NCBI GenBank assembly: GCA_035514415.1
Contig: DATKBC010000009.1
Coordinates: 1 to 42,016 of the forward strand
Length of the DNA: 42,016 bases
Direction: 5' to 3'
Source: Pleomorphomonadaceae bacterium
Lineage (GTDB): Bacteria; Chloroflexota; Limnocylindria; QHBO01
Shown piece after piece: positions 8,415 to 17,198 of this stretch; the first letter of the stretch is position 1; every line of letters starts with the position of its first letter. The position numbers and the translations under genes were made by a program. Below the pieces are notes generated by a model. The model searched no databases and was not told the DNA's origin. It saw only the letters and a list, made by a program, of their open reading frames with translations.

Positions 8415-9545
8415 ATGACCAGCATGGATAGCCAAGCGCGGGCAGGTGGGTCGGGTGGGCTTCGCGTGGCCGCCGGGGTGGCGGCGTTCGTGATTGCCAC
8501 CCTGGCCGGGATCGTGGCCTTCGGCCAGTTCGGCGACCCAACAGTGGACCCGAATACGTTTGCCCGCCCAACAGCCGCGAACTCGTTCGCGCTCATCCTG
8601 GCCGTGGCCCTGCTCGTTGGCGCGGCGGTGACCTTCGCGCTGGAGAAGATCCAGACCGGCCGCCTGGAGTCATTGTCCCGCCAGTTCACGCTGCGGGTGA
8701 TCGTGCTCATGCCGTTCGCGATCGCGATCAACATCGCGCTCGGCCAGACGGTCGCGGCGGCGCTGAAGATCCCGATCTATCTCGACTCCATCGGCACAAT
8801 CCTGGTCGGGGTCCTTGCGGGGCCGGTGGCGGGAGCAGCGACCGGGTTCTTGGCCAACATCCTGTGGTCGTACGTCATCCCGCCGCCGTTCCAGTACCCG
8901 CCCGCGGCCGCGTTCGCGGTTGTCGCGGCGGTAATCGGCATTGCGGCCGGCCTGGCCGGACGTTGGGGGCTCATGCGGCCCCGGACCAACCGCTCCACCG
9001 GCCAGCTGGTGATCGCCGGATTGCTGGTGGGCGCCATCATCATCGGCCTGGCATGGCTGGCCTCGGTCGGCTACACGCTCATCTTTCAGCAGGACATCAA
9101 CCTCCTGCCGGAAACCGACAACCAGCTGTTCCTGGTCCTGGGCTACGTGGCGATCCTGCTGGTCGTGGTCGCCGTCCTGGGGGTCTTCGCGCTGCTCTTC
9201 GGGCGGCGTGACCTGACCGCCGCCTATGCGGTGGTGTTCGGTGTCGCGACCGGGATCGTGGCCGCCCTCATCAGCGCGCCCATCGCGGCGGGTGTGTTCG
9301 GCGGGGTGACCGGCGCGGGCACCGACTTCCTGGTGGCCGCCTTCCGCCAGGCGGGGGTGGACATCTACGCCGCGACCACCGGGCAGGGGCTCATCAGCGA
9401 CCCGATCGACAAGGCCACGACCTTCGTCATCGTGTACCTGATCGTGGTGGCCATGGCCGTCCGCCTCAAGGCCCGCTTCCCGCAGGGCGAGCAGCTGATC
9501 GAGGAAAGCGCGCCACCCGCGGGTAGCAGGGAGGCGCCGGGCTGA
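8415..9545 (+). CDS. polytopic membrane protein, ECF-transporter S-component-like (substrate capture)
   Basis: Strong SD (GAGGAGGAGGAG at 8400-8411) before the ATG at 8415. About nine hydrophobic segments. The block IPIYLDSIGTILVGVLAGPVAGAATG resembles S-component signatures. Immediately followed by the T and A/A' components. Confidence 0.55.
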   Translation: MTSMDSQARAGGSGGLRVAAGVAAFVIATLAGIVAFGQFGDPTVDPNTFARPTAANSFALILAVALLVGAAVTFALEKIQTGRLESLSRQFTLRVIVLMPFAIAINIALGQTVAAALKIPIYLDSIGTILVGVLAGPVAGAATGFLANILWSYVIPPPFQYPPAAAFAVVAAVIGIAAGLAGRWGLMRPRTNRSTGQLVIAGLLVGAIIIGLAWLASVGYTLIFQQDINLLPETDNQLFLVLGYVAILLVVVAVLGVFALLFGRRDLTAAYAVVFGVATGIVAALISAPIAAGVFGGVTGAGTDFLVAAFRQAGVDIYAATTGQGLISDPIDKATTFVIVYLIVVAMAVRLKARFPQGEQLIEESAPPAGSREAPG

Positions 9546-9631
9546 GCGTCGCCGCCGAGCCGGCGGCGCCGGCGTACCTGGTCCCTCCCGCGCCGACGGC
9601 CTGGCATCGGCTCAACCCGCTGACCCGGCTG

Positions 9632-10345
9632 GTGGCGGCCACCGTCACCGCCGTCAGTGCCACCCTGCTGGGCGGCGTTCTGGGTCCGGTGGCGCTCACC
9701 CTGGTCGCGGTCGTGCTGCCCGCTGCCGTGGCCGGGATCCTGCCGCGGCTGCTGCGCGTGGGGCTGGTCGTGGCGCTGCCGCTGGCGATCAGCGTCCTGG
9801 TGGTCAACCTGTTCTTCTTCCCGTCGGGTGCCAGCGTCCTGTTCCGGATCGGCCCGGTCACAGCGACCGCCGAGGGCCTGGCCTACGCGATCGAGACCCT
9901 AGTCCGCCTGGTCGCCATCACCGGGGCCCTGGTCCTGTTCTACCTCACCACCCCCATCGGATCGCTGGTCGTTGACCTCGAGCGACGGGGCGTGAGCGCC
10001 CGAGTCGCATTCGTCATAAGCGCGTCGGTGCGGACCGTGCCGGCCGTCATCGAGCGCGCCGGGCAGATCGCGGAGGCGCAGCGGGCGCGCGGCCTCGACA
10101 CCCAGGGCAGCCTGTGGCGGCGCGTCCGGGGCCTCGTCCCGCTGGTCGGGCCCGTGCTGCTGGGCTCGATCGGAGAGGTCGAGGAACGGGCCATGGCCCT
10201 CGAGGCGCGTGGCTTCTCACGCCCCGGAAGCCGGTCGCTGTTGTGGGTCCCCGCAGATAGCGACGCCGAACGGATCGCACGCTGGCTCATGGTCCTCAGC
10301 GTTCCGCTGCTGGTGGTGGCGGGCCTGACCGGGTGGCTGGCGTGA
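9632..10345 (+). CDS. energy-coupling factor transporter transmembrane (T, CbiQ-family) component
   Basis: Hydrophobic 237 aa with the conserved cytoplasmic coupling region AEAQRARGLD...VGPVLLGSIGEVEERAMALEARGF. GTG start; the true start could lie upstream (86-nt gap). Confidence 0.75.
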   Translation: MAATVTAVSATLLGGVLGPVALTLVAVVLPAAVAGILPRLLRVGLVVALPLAISVLVVNLFFFPSGASVLFRIGPVTATAEGLAYAIETLVRLVAITGALVLFYLTTPIGSLVVDLERRGVSARVAFVISASVRTVPAVIERAGQIAEAQRARGLDTQGSLWRRVRGLVPLVGPVLLGSIGEVEERAMALEARGFSRPGSRSLLWVPADSDAERIARWLMVLSVPLLVVAGLTGWLA

Positions 10346-10351
10346 GCCAGG

Positions 10352-11185
10352 GTGAGCTGGCGTGACCCGGCCCGGAGACGGTGCGCCGTGTTGAGCCTTG
10401 AGGCGGTCAGCTACCGCTATGCCGGGGCGCATGCGCCGTCGCTCTTCGAGGTCTCGCTGGTGCTGGGTCCGGGCGAGGTGGTGGGCCTGGTGGGTGCCAA
10501 TGAGGCCGGAAAGACCACCACGTGCCTGGTCGCGGCCGGCCTTGCGCCACGAGCCATGGGCGGAGCCCTGAGCGGGCAGGTGACCGTGGGGGGCCGGCGG
10601 CTGGCCGACCTGCCTCCCGGTGACGTGGCGGCTGTGGTGGGAATCGCGTTTGCCAGCGCCCAGCTCAGCGGGATCTGCTCGACGGTCTACGAGGAGGTCG
10701 CGTTCGGACCGATGAACCTGGGCCTGCCCCGGAACGAGGTCATGGCCCGCACCGTGCGGGCCCTGGAGGCCGTGGCCATCCCCGACCTTGCTGCCCGCGA
10801 CCCGGCGCATCTGTCCGGCGGCCAGCGGCAGCTGGTCGTCCTGGCCGGCCTGCTGGCGATGGAACCCCAGCACCTGGTGCTGGACGAGCCGACCGCGCAC
10901 CTCGACCCGGCGGGCACGGGCCTGGTGGGCGCGGCCATCACCCGCCTGGCGGCGGGCGGCGCCTCCATCCTGATCGCCGAGCAGAAGACCGATCTGCTGG
11001 CCGCGATCTGCGGGCGAGTGGTCGCCCTGGAACAGGGCCGGGTGGCGCTGGAGGGTCCGGCGGAGTCGGTGCTCGCGGATCCGCAGCTCGAGCGCCTGGG
11101 GGTGGATCCTCCGACATCGGTCAGGCTTCGACGGCTGGCTGCGGCGGCCGGCGTGGACCCGAGCCGGTTGGAGGTGGCGGCGTGA
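10352..11185 (+). CDS. ECF/ABC transporter ATP-binding protein (A component)
   Basis: Walker A GANEAGKTT, signature LSGGQRQ, Walker B LVLDEPTAHLD. An alternative GTG start at 10388 gives VLSLEAVSY. Confidence 0.85.
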   Translation: MSWRDPARRRCAVLSLEAVSYRYAGAHAPSLFEVSLVLGPGEVVGLVGANEAGKTTTCLVAAGLAPRAMGGALSGQVTVGGRRLADLPPGDVAAVVGIAFASAQLSGICSTVYEEVAFGPMNLGLPRNEVMARTVRALEAVAIPDLAARDPAHLSGGQRQLVVLAGLLAMEPQHLVLDEPTAHLDPAGTGLVGAAITRLAAGGASILIAEQKTDLLAAICGRVVALEQGRVALEGPAESVLADPQLERLGVDPPTSVRLRRLAAAAGVDPSRLEVAA

Positions 11186-11994
11186 TCGAGATGGCGGTTG
11201 AGGAGCTCGTCCACACCTACCCAGGTGGGGTGCGCGCCCTGGACGGCGTCACGCTGAAGGTCGAAGCCGGCGAGTCAGTGGCCCTGGTGGGCCAGAACGG
11301 GTCCGGAAAGACGACCCTGGTTCGCCACCTGAACGGGTTGCTGCGTCCGACCTCCGGCCACGTGCGCGTGGGCGGGACCGACACGTCGGGCCGTCGCGTC
11401 GCTGAGCTTGCGTCGCAGGTGGGCCTCGTCTTCCAGGAGCCCGACCGCCAGATCTTCGCGGCCAGCGTCCGGGGCGAGGTGGAGTTCGGGCCGCGCAACA
11501 TCGGGCTCCGCGGCGAGGCGCTCGAAGCCGCCGTCCGAGCAGCCCTGGAGGCGGTTGGCCTGGCCGGCGAGGAGGCCACCAATCCGTACGACCTGGGCGC
11601 GTCGCGCCGAAAGCTGCTGGCCGTCGCGTCAGTGCTCGCCATGGACACCCCGGTCCTGGTCCTGGATGAGCCGACCACCGGCCAGGACCGGGTCGGCGTG
11701 GCGCGCATCCGCCAGGTCGTGGCCGACGCCCGCGCGGCGGGGCGAACGGTGATCGCGGTCAGCCACGACCTGCGTTTCGTAGCGGATACGTTCGAGCGGG
11801 TCGTCGTCCTGAGAGCTGGCCGGGTCGTGCTGGATGCCGCGCCCGGGCGCGCCTTCGCGGCCGAGAACTGGGAGACGCTGCGCGGGACCGGACTCGAACC
11901 GCCCATGGCAGCCGTCATCGCCAACCGGTTGGGCCTGGATTCGGTCGCAACCGAGGATGCCCTGGTGGCGGCCCTTGCCTCTCAGGCGGCCTAG
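11182..11994 (+). CDS. ECF/ABC transporter ATP-binding protein (A' component)
   Basis: Walker A GQNGSGKTT, Walker B LVLDEPTTGQD, H-loop VSHD. The start overlaps the upstream stop (GTGA at 11182-11185). Confidence 0.85.
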   Translation: MIEMAVEELVHTYPGGVRALDGVTLKVEAGESVALVGQNGSGKTTLVRHLNGLLRPTSGHVRVGGTDTSGRRVAELASQVGLVFQEPDRQIFAASVRGEVEFGPRNIGLRGEALEAAVRAALEAVGLAGEEATNPYDLGASRRKLLAVASVLAMDTPVLVLDEPTTGQDRVGVARIRQVVADARAAGRTVIAVSHDLRFVADTFERVVVLRAGRVVLDAAPGRAFAAENWETLRGTGLEPPMAAVIANRLGLDSVATEDALVAALASQAA

Positions 11995-12005
11995 GAACCC
12001 GAAAG

Positions 12006-12443
12006 TCAGGGGGCTTTCGGCGGCGGGAGCAGACGCCCCAACGCGTCGACGCGCTCCTCGGCGGGCAATTCGTCTCGGTGGCGGCGTCCACGCGTGGGAC
12101 CAGGGATCGGCTGGGCCATGACCGAGTGGGGAACTTCGTCCAGGCGCTGCTGCACGCCGCGCAGACCCAGCTCGCGCAACGCCGGGGCAAAGCGCTCGGC
12201 GATGGCCCGCTCGCGGAGTAGCCCGAACAGCAGCGACGGGTGGGCCCGATTCAGGAGCTCCAGCGCGCGCGCCGTGTCGGTCGCGTTCACCTGGTTGCGC
12301 CCAAGCTGCGCTTCCAGGGTGTCGAGGGCCCGGTTCACCTCGCGGCGGGTGCCGCTGCTGAACGTGACCCGGTTGGCGACAATGCGGGTCTGACGGAGCG
12401 CGGCGCGTGCCGCCTTGTCGCGACTGCCGGGCGCGGAGGTCAT
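12006..12443 (-). CDS. hypothetical helical protein
   Basis: The C-terminal 145 aa of track ORF 12006-12650 have normal composition (NRALDTLEAQLGRNQVNATDTARALELLNRAHPSLLFGLLRERAI), whereas the upstream part is Arg/Ser/Gly junk. Start taken as the ATG at 12443 (or the ATG at 12455). Confidence 0.4.
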   Translation of the reverse strand: MTSAPGSRDKAARAALRQTRIVANRVTFSSGTRREVNRALDTLEAQLGRNQVNATDTARALELLNRAHPSLLFGLLRERAIAERFAPALRELGLRGVQQRLDEVPHSVMAQPIPGPTRGRRHRDELPAEERVDALGRLLPPPKAP

Positions 12444-13131
12444 GGTGATTGGCATCTTAGGGGCTGAGGGGGACTGGCAGGCAGTCATCGCCTCGGCCCT
12501 GGCGATCGTCCCGCGCCCGATCGCGGTGGACCCGCGGCTGGCGCCCCGTCGGGTCGTGCCCGATCCGGCCGACCCCGCCCTGGACGACCCGCGGCGCTGG
12601 GACCGCAGCCGCTTCCCGACCGCCCGCCAGGCGGCGACCCTGCTGCTCATCTACCCCCACCACGGGGAGCTGCTCATCCCGCTCACCGTCCGGCACGACG
12701 GGCTCCCCGATCACCCGGGCGAGATCAGCCTGCCCGGCGGGGCCGTCGATCCAGGCGACGCGTCGCTGGAGGCCACGGCCCTGCGCGAGGCGGCCGAAGA
12801 AGTCGGCCTGGATCCCGGTCCGGTGCGCGTGGTCGGTCGCCTCGACCCGGTCTGGATCCCGATCTCGAACTTCGAGCTGACCCCGGTGGTGGCCGTGACC
12901 AGCACCCGCCCCAATCTGACCCCGCGCGAGGCGGAAGTCTCCGCACTGATCGAATTCCCGGTTCGACTCCTGATCGAGGGCGCCGTCAACCTGGAGGAGA
13001 TCAGCGTGCCAGGCGCCGTGATCCAGACCGGCGTGTACCGATGGGAGGGCCACCGGGTGTGGGGCGCCACCGCCCGCACCTTGTCCATGCTGGGAGCGGT
13101 GCTGGGCACTCGTTCGGCCCCTTCCCCGTAG
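12442..13131 (+). CDS. NUDIX hydrolase, CoA pyrophosphatase type
   Basis: Nudix box GGAVDPGDASLEATALREAAEEVGL preceded by LLIPLTVRHDGLPDHPGEISLPGG, the NudL/CoA-pyrophosphatase upstream motif. Start is ambiguous: TTG at 12415 or ATG at 12442. Confidence 0.8.
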   Translation: MVIGILGAEGDWQAVIASALAIVPRPIAVDPRLAPRRVVPDPADPALDDPRRWDRSRFPTARQAATLLLIYPHHGELLIPLTVRHDGLPDHPGEISLPGGAVDPGDASLEATALREAAEEVGLDPGPVRVVGRLDPVWIPISNFELTPVVAVTSTRPNLTPREAEVSALIEFPVRLLIEGAVNLEEISVPGAVIQTGVYRWEGHRVWGATARTLSMLGAVLGTRSAPSP

Positions 13132-13137
13132 CGCGGG

Positions 13138-13776
13138 CTATTCCGGAGGCGCCTCGTCGGCGAGGTACCAGATCACGGGGTCCGGACAAGGGAGCGTGGG
13201 GCTGTGGATGCACCGGCCTGCAACATCTCCCGGCTCGCGATCCTCGCGCAATCGCATTCGCCCCTCGGCGTCCCATTCGATCAGCATCGGCATGGCGCTG
13301 AACTCGCCGAAGGCGAATCGCGCGTCCTGGAAAACCATGATGACCTCGAATTCGATCCTGAAGTCGGAGCCCACGCGGCCGTTGAGGTTGGTGAGGCTCG
13401 CCTCAGGCTCTATGTCCTCCACGAACGCACCACCCAGGACCGATCCGAACACACAATCACCGATCTGGTTCAGCCAGGCCTGCTCGAATCGATTGGCCAG
13501 CTCGCCATCACCCACCCACACACCGGTCAGGTCGACCCGTTCTCCGGTGGGACTGCGCAGGTCGATCGTCTCGCAGCCGGGCGGCAGTCCAAGCGCTGCA
13601 TCCGACGATGCAAGAGGTCCCGCATCGGTCGGGCTGGAATCCGGAGCTGCCGGGGACGACGCGCAAGCCGAGAGCACTGCCATGGCGGCGGCCACGAGCA
13701 GACATCTCGGCATCGCGTTCACGGCGGCTACAACCAATCTCCGTGGCATCAACCTCAGCCTGCCCCTCGACGGCAT
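13138..13776 (-). CDS. lipoprotein, uncharacterised four-Cys family (paralog A)
   Basis: Only the C-terminal part of track ORF 13138-14343 is credible. Signal and lipobox are RRLVVAAVNAMPRCLLVAAAMAVLSAC. Candidate ATG starts at 13776, 13749 and 13713. Conserved blocks are shared with 15376-15960 and 17199-17828. Confidence 0.65.
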   Translation of the reverse strand: MPSRGRLRLMPRRLVVAAVNAMPRCLLVAAAMAVLSACASSPAAPDSSPTDAGPLASSDAALGLPPGCETIDLRSPTGERVDLTGVWVGDGELANRFEQAWLNQIGDCVFGSVLGGAFVEDIEPEASLTNLNGRVGSDFRIEFEVIMVFQDARFAFGEFSAMPMLIEWDAEGRMRLREDREPGDVAGRCIHSPTLPCPDPVIWYLADEAPPE

Positions 13777-14594
13777 CAGCGGCGGGAGTTCACGTGAGTC
13801 TTCGCCGCGGCCAGCAGGCGCAGCAGCTCCCCGTGGTGCGGCTCCGGAGCGGCCACCACGTTCAGGGTCGGTCCCAGTCGGTCCGGGTCCCACCACGGCC
13901 CGCCAGCCAGGTTGGTCACCACCGCCCCGCCGCGCTCGGCGATGAGCCCGGCCGCGGCCACGTCCCAGCGCGACAGGCCCCCGTTCTGGACGAACGCATC
14001 GAAGCGCCCGGCGCCCACCGATGCCAGCGACAGCGCCGCGCTCCCCATCCGACGGTGAATCCGGATTACCGGCGCGATCCGTCGCTCGCGAGCTAGACCG
14101 CCCCGCCCCAGGATCGCCAGGCTCACGACGCAGTCCCCCAGCGCGTCCTTGGTCGACGCCCGCGCCAGGCTGCCGTTCAGGCGGGCGGCGCTGCGCGCGG
14201 TGGCGGTGTACAGGTCGCCGCGCAGCGGGTCGAACACGACCCCGAGCACCGGCACTCCGTCCTCGACCAGCGCCGCCGAGACGCAGAAATACGGGATCCC
14301 GTTGGCGTAGTTGACCGTGCCATCCAGCGGGTCGATGGCCCACCAGCGCCGCGCGCCATCGGGTCCGCCCACGCGGTCCGCACCGGCTTCCTCGGCCAGG
14401 ATCCCATCCTCTGGGAAGCGGCGCCGGATCCGCTTCGCGATCAGGGCCTCGGACCGAAAGTCCACCTCGGTCACGACGTCGCGGCGGCTCTTGTGGCGCA
14501 CCCGGCCCACCCGCCCGTACCGCTCCAGCACGAGCGTCCCGGCGCTGCGGACCAGCCGAACCGCGAACTCCAGCTCATCGGCGTACCGGTTCAC
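13776..14594 (-). CDS. inositol monophosphatase family protein
   Basis: Blocks VVTEVDFRSE, WWAIDPLDGTVNYANG, WDVAAAGLIAERGGAVV. GTG start at 14594. Confidence 0.85.
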   Translation of the reverse strand: MNRYADELEFAVRLVRSAGTLVLERYGRVGRVRHKSRRDVVTEVDFRSEALIAKRIRRRFPEDGILAEEAGADRVGGPDGARRWWAIDPLDGTVNYANGIPYFCVSAALVEDGVPVLGVVFDPLRGDLYTATARSAARLNGSLARASTKDALGDCVVSLAILGRGGLARERRIAPVIRIHRRMGSAALSLASVGAGRFDAFVQNGGLSRWDVAAAGLIAERGGAVVTNLAGGPWWDPDRLGPTLNVVAAPEPHHGELLRLLAAAKTHVNSRR

Positions 14595-14636
14595 CCCGGC
14601 ATGCTAGCCGAGGCGCCGACCGGCTAGGCTACGCTC

Positions 14637-15365
14637 ATGCCGCAGCTCCACCTTCACGCCGAGCCGGGCGACTACGCCCCGCTGGTCCTGCTGCCCGGCG
14701 ATCCGAATCGGGCCACGACCATCGCCTCCCGCTTCGACGGCGGCCTGGAGGGCGCTCGACTGGTCAACCAGAACCGCCTGCTGCTGGGCTACACGGGCAC
14801 CGTGAGCGGGCGCCCGGTGAGCGTCCAGTCGAGCGGTATCGGCACGCCGTCGTTCTCGATCGTGGTCGAGGAGCTGCTGCGCCTGGGAGCCCGGCAGCTG
14901 GTCCGGGTGGGGACCTGCGGCGGCATCGGTCCGGGCGTCAAAACCGGCGACCTGGTCATCGCCACCGCGGCCTGCCCGGTGGACGGTGCGACCCGCACCT
15001 ACCTCCACGGGGAGCCGTACGCGCCGGCGGCCGACTTTCGGCTGACCCACGCGCTGGTGCACGCCGCCGAGACGTTGGGGATTGCGGCCCACATCGGCCT
15101 GGTGGCATCGGTCGACGTGTTCTACAACCCGGATGACGACTATGCGCAGCGCTGGCGCGACCGCGGGGTGCTGGCCTTCGAGATGGAGGCCAGCGCGCTG
15201 TTCTTCCTGGCCGCCCGGTCCCATGTCCAGGCGGCGTGCGCGTTGGTCGTGAGCGACGTCCTGTCGGAGACCGATACCTCCGAGGAGACCTACGTCAGCA
15301 CCGAGCAGCTGGCCGCCGCGGTCGACCGCATGACCGACCTGGTGCTCGCCGCGGACTTCGCCTAG
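14637..15365 (+). CDS. purine/uridine nucleoside phosphorylase (NP-I family, DeoD-like)
   Basis: 242 aa. Blocks LLPGDPNRATTIA, GRPVSVQSSGIGTPSFSIVVEEL, VRVGTCGG, AFEMEASALF. Confidence 0.8.
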   Translation: MPQLHLHAEPGDYAPLVLLPGDPNRATTIASRFDGGLEGARLVNQNRLLLGYTGTVSGRPVSVQSSGIGTPSFSIVVEELLRLGARQLVRVGTCGGIGPGVKTGDLVIATAACPVDGATRTYLHGEPYAPAADFRLTHALVHAAETLGIAAHIGLVASVDVFYNPDDDYAQRWRDRGVLAFEMEASALFFLAARSHVQAACALVVSDVLSETDTSEETYVSTEQLAAAVDRMTDLVLAADFA

Positions 15366-15375
15366 GTGAGGGGAG

Positions 15376-15960
15376 TCAGCGGCTGGGTCTGAGGAGGAGC
15401 GGCGACGCGCAGAAGTTCGACGGATCCGGGCAGCGGGGGCCCTGAACGCCGGGAGTGCGGTCCTCACGGAGCGTGATATCGCCCGCCGAGTTGAACTCGA
15501 TGAGCAGTCGGACCTCGGCGAGGTATTGCGGGAGATGGAAGGTGGGGTGTGGACCGAGAAGGACGATCGTCCCATCGATCACGAAATTGTTGCCCACCCT
15601 GCCCTGAAGTACCTGCACGGACTCCCCGCGGGGCAGGAATTCGTCTCGGGTGTAGTCATCGTAAATGCCGGTGCCCCAGATGCAATCCCCGAGCGTCCGG
15701 ATCCACCATTTCGCTGGTAGACGGCCCTCGGTTCCATCCTGGATCCAGATCCCGTTGAGATCGACGGCGACCCCGGCGGGCGACCGCAGGTCGATCGGCT
15801 CGCAGCCGGAGGGCAGATTGCTAACCCCTGCTGCCTCGCTTTCGGTCGGAGACGCGGACGTCGGAGGCGCGGAACTGGGCGTACAGGCGGAGACCACCAA
15901 CGCGGCACTGATGAGTGCTCGACGCAGCCGCGGCGTTTGAGTGGCCATGCGATCGAGCAT
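15376..15960 (-). CDS. lipoprotein, uncharacterised four-Cys family (paralog B)
   Basis: Signal and lipobox RLRRALISAALVVSAC, followed by LPSGCEPIDLRSPAGVAVDLNGIW, LGDCIWG, LLIEFNSAGDITLREDRTPGVQGPRC...FC. Confidence 0.7.
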   Translation of the reverse strand: MLDRMATQTPRLRRALISAALVVSACTPSSAPPTSASPTESEAAGVSNLPSGCEPIDLRSPAGVAVDLNGIWIQDGTEGRLPAKWWIRTLGDCIWGTGIYDDYTRDEFLPRGESVQVLQGRVGNNFVIDGTIVLLGPHPTFHLPQYLAEVRLLIEFNSAGDITLREDRTPGVQGPRCPDPSNFCASPLLLRPSR

Positions 15961-16037
15961 AGGCCAGTCCCGATCGGTCGTGGAACGTCACTCGACTGAC
16001 GGCGTACCATCGACCCGCGCATGAGGCACTCGTACCG

Positions 16038-17165
16038 ATGACCACCACCCAGCCGGCCCCAGTCACCGAGGCCACCGACTTCCTCCCGCTGAAGGGCATT
16101 GACCACGTCGAGTTCTGGGTCGGCAACGCGAAGCAGGCCGCCCACTACTACCGGACCTTGTGGGGCTTCACCCCGGTCGCCTATGCGGGACTGGAGACGG
16201 GGGTCAGGGACCGGGCCAGCTACGTCCTGGTGCAGAACGACATTCGCTTCGTGTTCACGGCCCCCATCGGTCCCGACGGTGAGGTCGCCGAGCACGTCCG
16301 GAAGCACGGCGACGGGGTCAAGGACATCGCATTCGCCGTCGACGACGCGGAGTCTGCGTGGCGCGAGACGACCACTCGCGGGGCTCGCTCAGCGCAGCCT
16401 TTGACCGAGGCGACCGGCGACAAAGGTGTCCTCCGCACGTCGGCGATCCACACTTACGGGGAGGTGGTCCACACCTTCGTCGACCGCCGCGATTACGCGG
16501 GAACCTACGCCCCCGGCTATCACCGGATCAAGGCCCCCGGCGCGCCGGGAAAGGGCCAGACCTTGCTCAACATCGACCATTGCGTGGGCAACGTGGCGCT
16601 GGGCGACATGAACAAGTTCGTCGACTTCTACCGCGAGGTGCTGGGGTTCAGCCAGCTCGTCCACTTCGACGACAAGGTCATCCACACCGAGTACAGCGCC
16701 CTGATGAGCAAGGTCATGCAGAACGGGGACGGGCGGATCAAGTTCCCGATCAACGAGCCGGCCGCGGGCAAGCGCAAGAGCCAGATCCAGGAGTTCATCG
16801 ACTACTACCTCGACGCCGGCACCCAGCACATTGCGCTCCTTACGACCGACATCGCCAGCACGGTGCGTGTGTTGCGAGGCAGGGGGGTCGAGTTCCTGGG
16901 CCTGCCCCACGAGTACTTCGCGGCGCTGCCGGATCGGGTGGGCGACGTGGGCATACCGATCGACACGCTGGAGGAGCTGGGGATCGAGGCCGACCGCGAC
17001 GAGGAGGGCTACCTGCTCCAGATCTTCACCAAGCCGATCCAGGATCGGCCGACGTTCTTCTTCGAGATCATCGAGCGCCACGGCTCGCGCGGGTTCGGGC
17101 TGGGCAACTTCAAGGCCCTGTTCGAGGCCATCGAGCTGGAGCAGGAGAAGCGCGGCAACCTCTAG
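16038..17165 (+). CDS. hppD: 4-hydroxyphenylpyruvate dioxygenase
   Basis: 375 aa. Blocks IDHVEFWVGNAKQAAHYY, IDHCVGNV, QHIALLTTDI, YLLQIFTKP, FFEIIERHGSRGFGLGNFKALFEAIELEQEKRGNL. Confidence 0.92.
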   Translation: MTTTQPAPVTEATDFLPLKGIDHVEFWVGNAKQAAHYYRTLWGFTPVAYAGLETGVRDRASYVLVQNDIRFVFTAPIGPDGEVAEHVRKHGDGVKDIAFAVDDAESAWRETTTRGARSAQPLTEATGDKGVLRTSAIHTYGEVVHTFVDRRDYAGTYAPGYHRIKAPGAPGKGQTLLNIDHCVGNVALGDMNKFVDFYREVLGFSQLVHFDDKVIHTEYSALMSKVMQNGDGRIKFPINEPAAGKRKSQIQEFIDYYLDAGTQHIALLTTDIASTVRVLRGRGVEFLGLPHEYFAALPDRVGDVGIPIDTLEELGIEADRDEEGYLLQIFTKPIQDRPTFFFEIIERHGSRGFGLGNFKALFEAIELEQEKRGNL

Positions 17166-17198
17166 CTCCATCGGCGCGCTGGTGGCGCCCGTTCCCGA

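Noticed and set aside
10336-10365. 10-bp direct repeat GCTGGCGTGA x2 at the EcfT/EcfA junction.
   Set aside because: It is probably a small junction duplication with no evident function. It only affects which of two nearby GTGs is the true start.
13777-14343. N-terminal 189 codons of the 401-aa track ORF 13138-14343.
   Set aside because: This part overlaps the inositol monophosphatase gene in another frame and is Arg/Gly/Pro junk. The credible gene begins at the signal peptide (at or before 13776).
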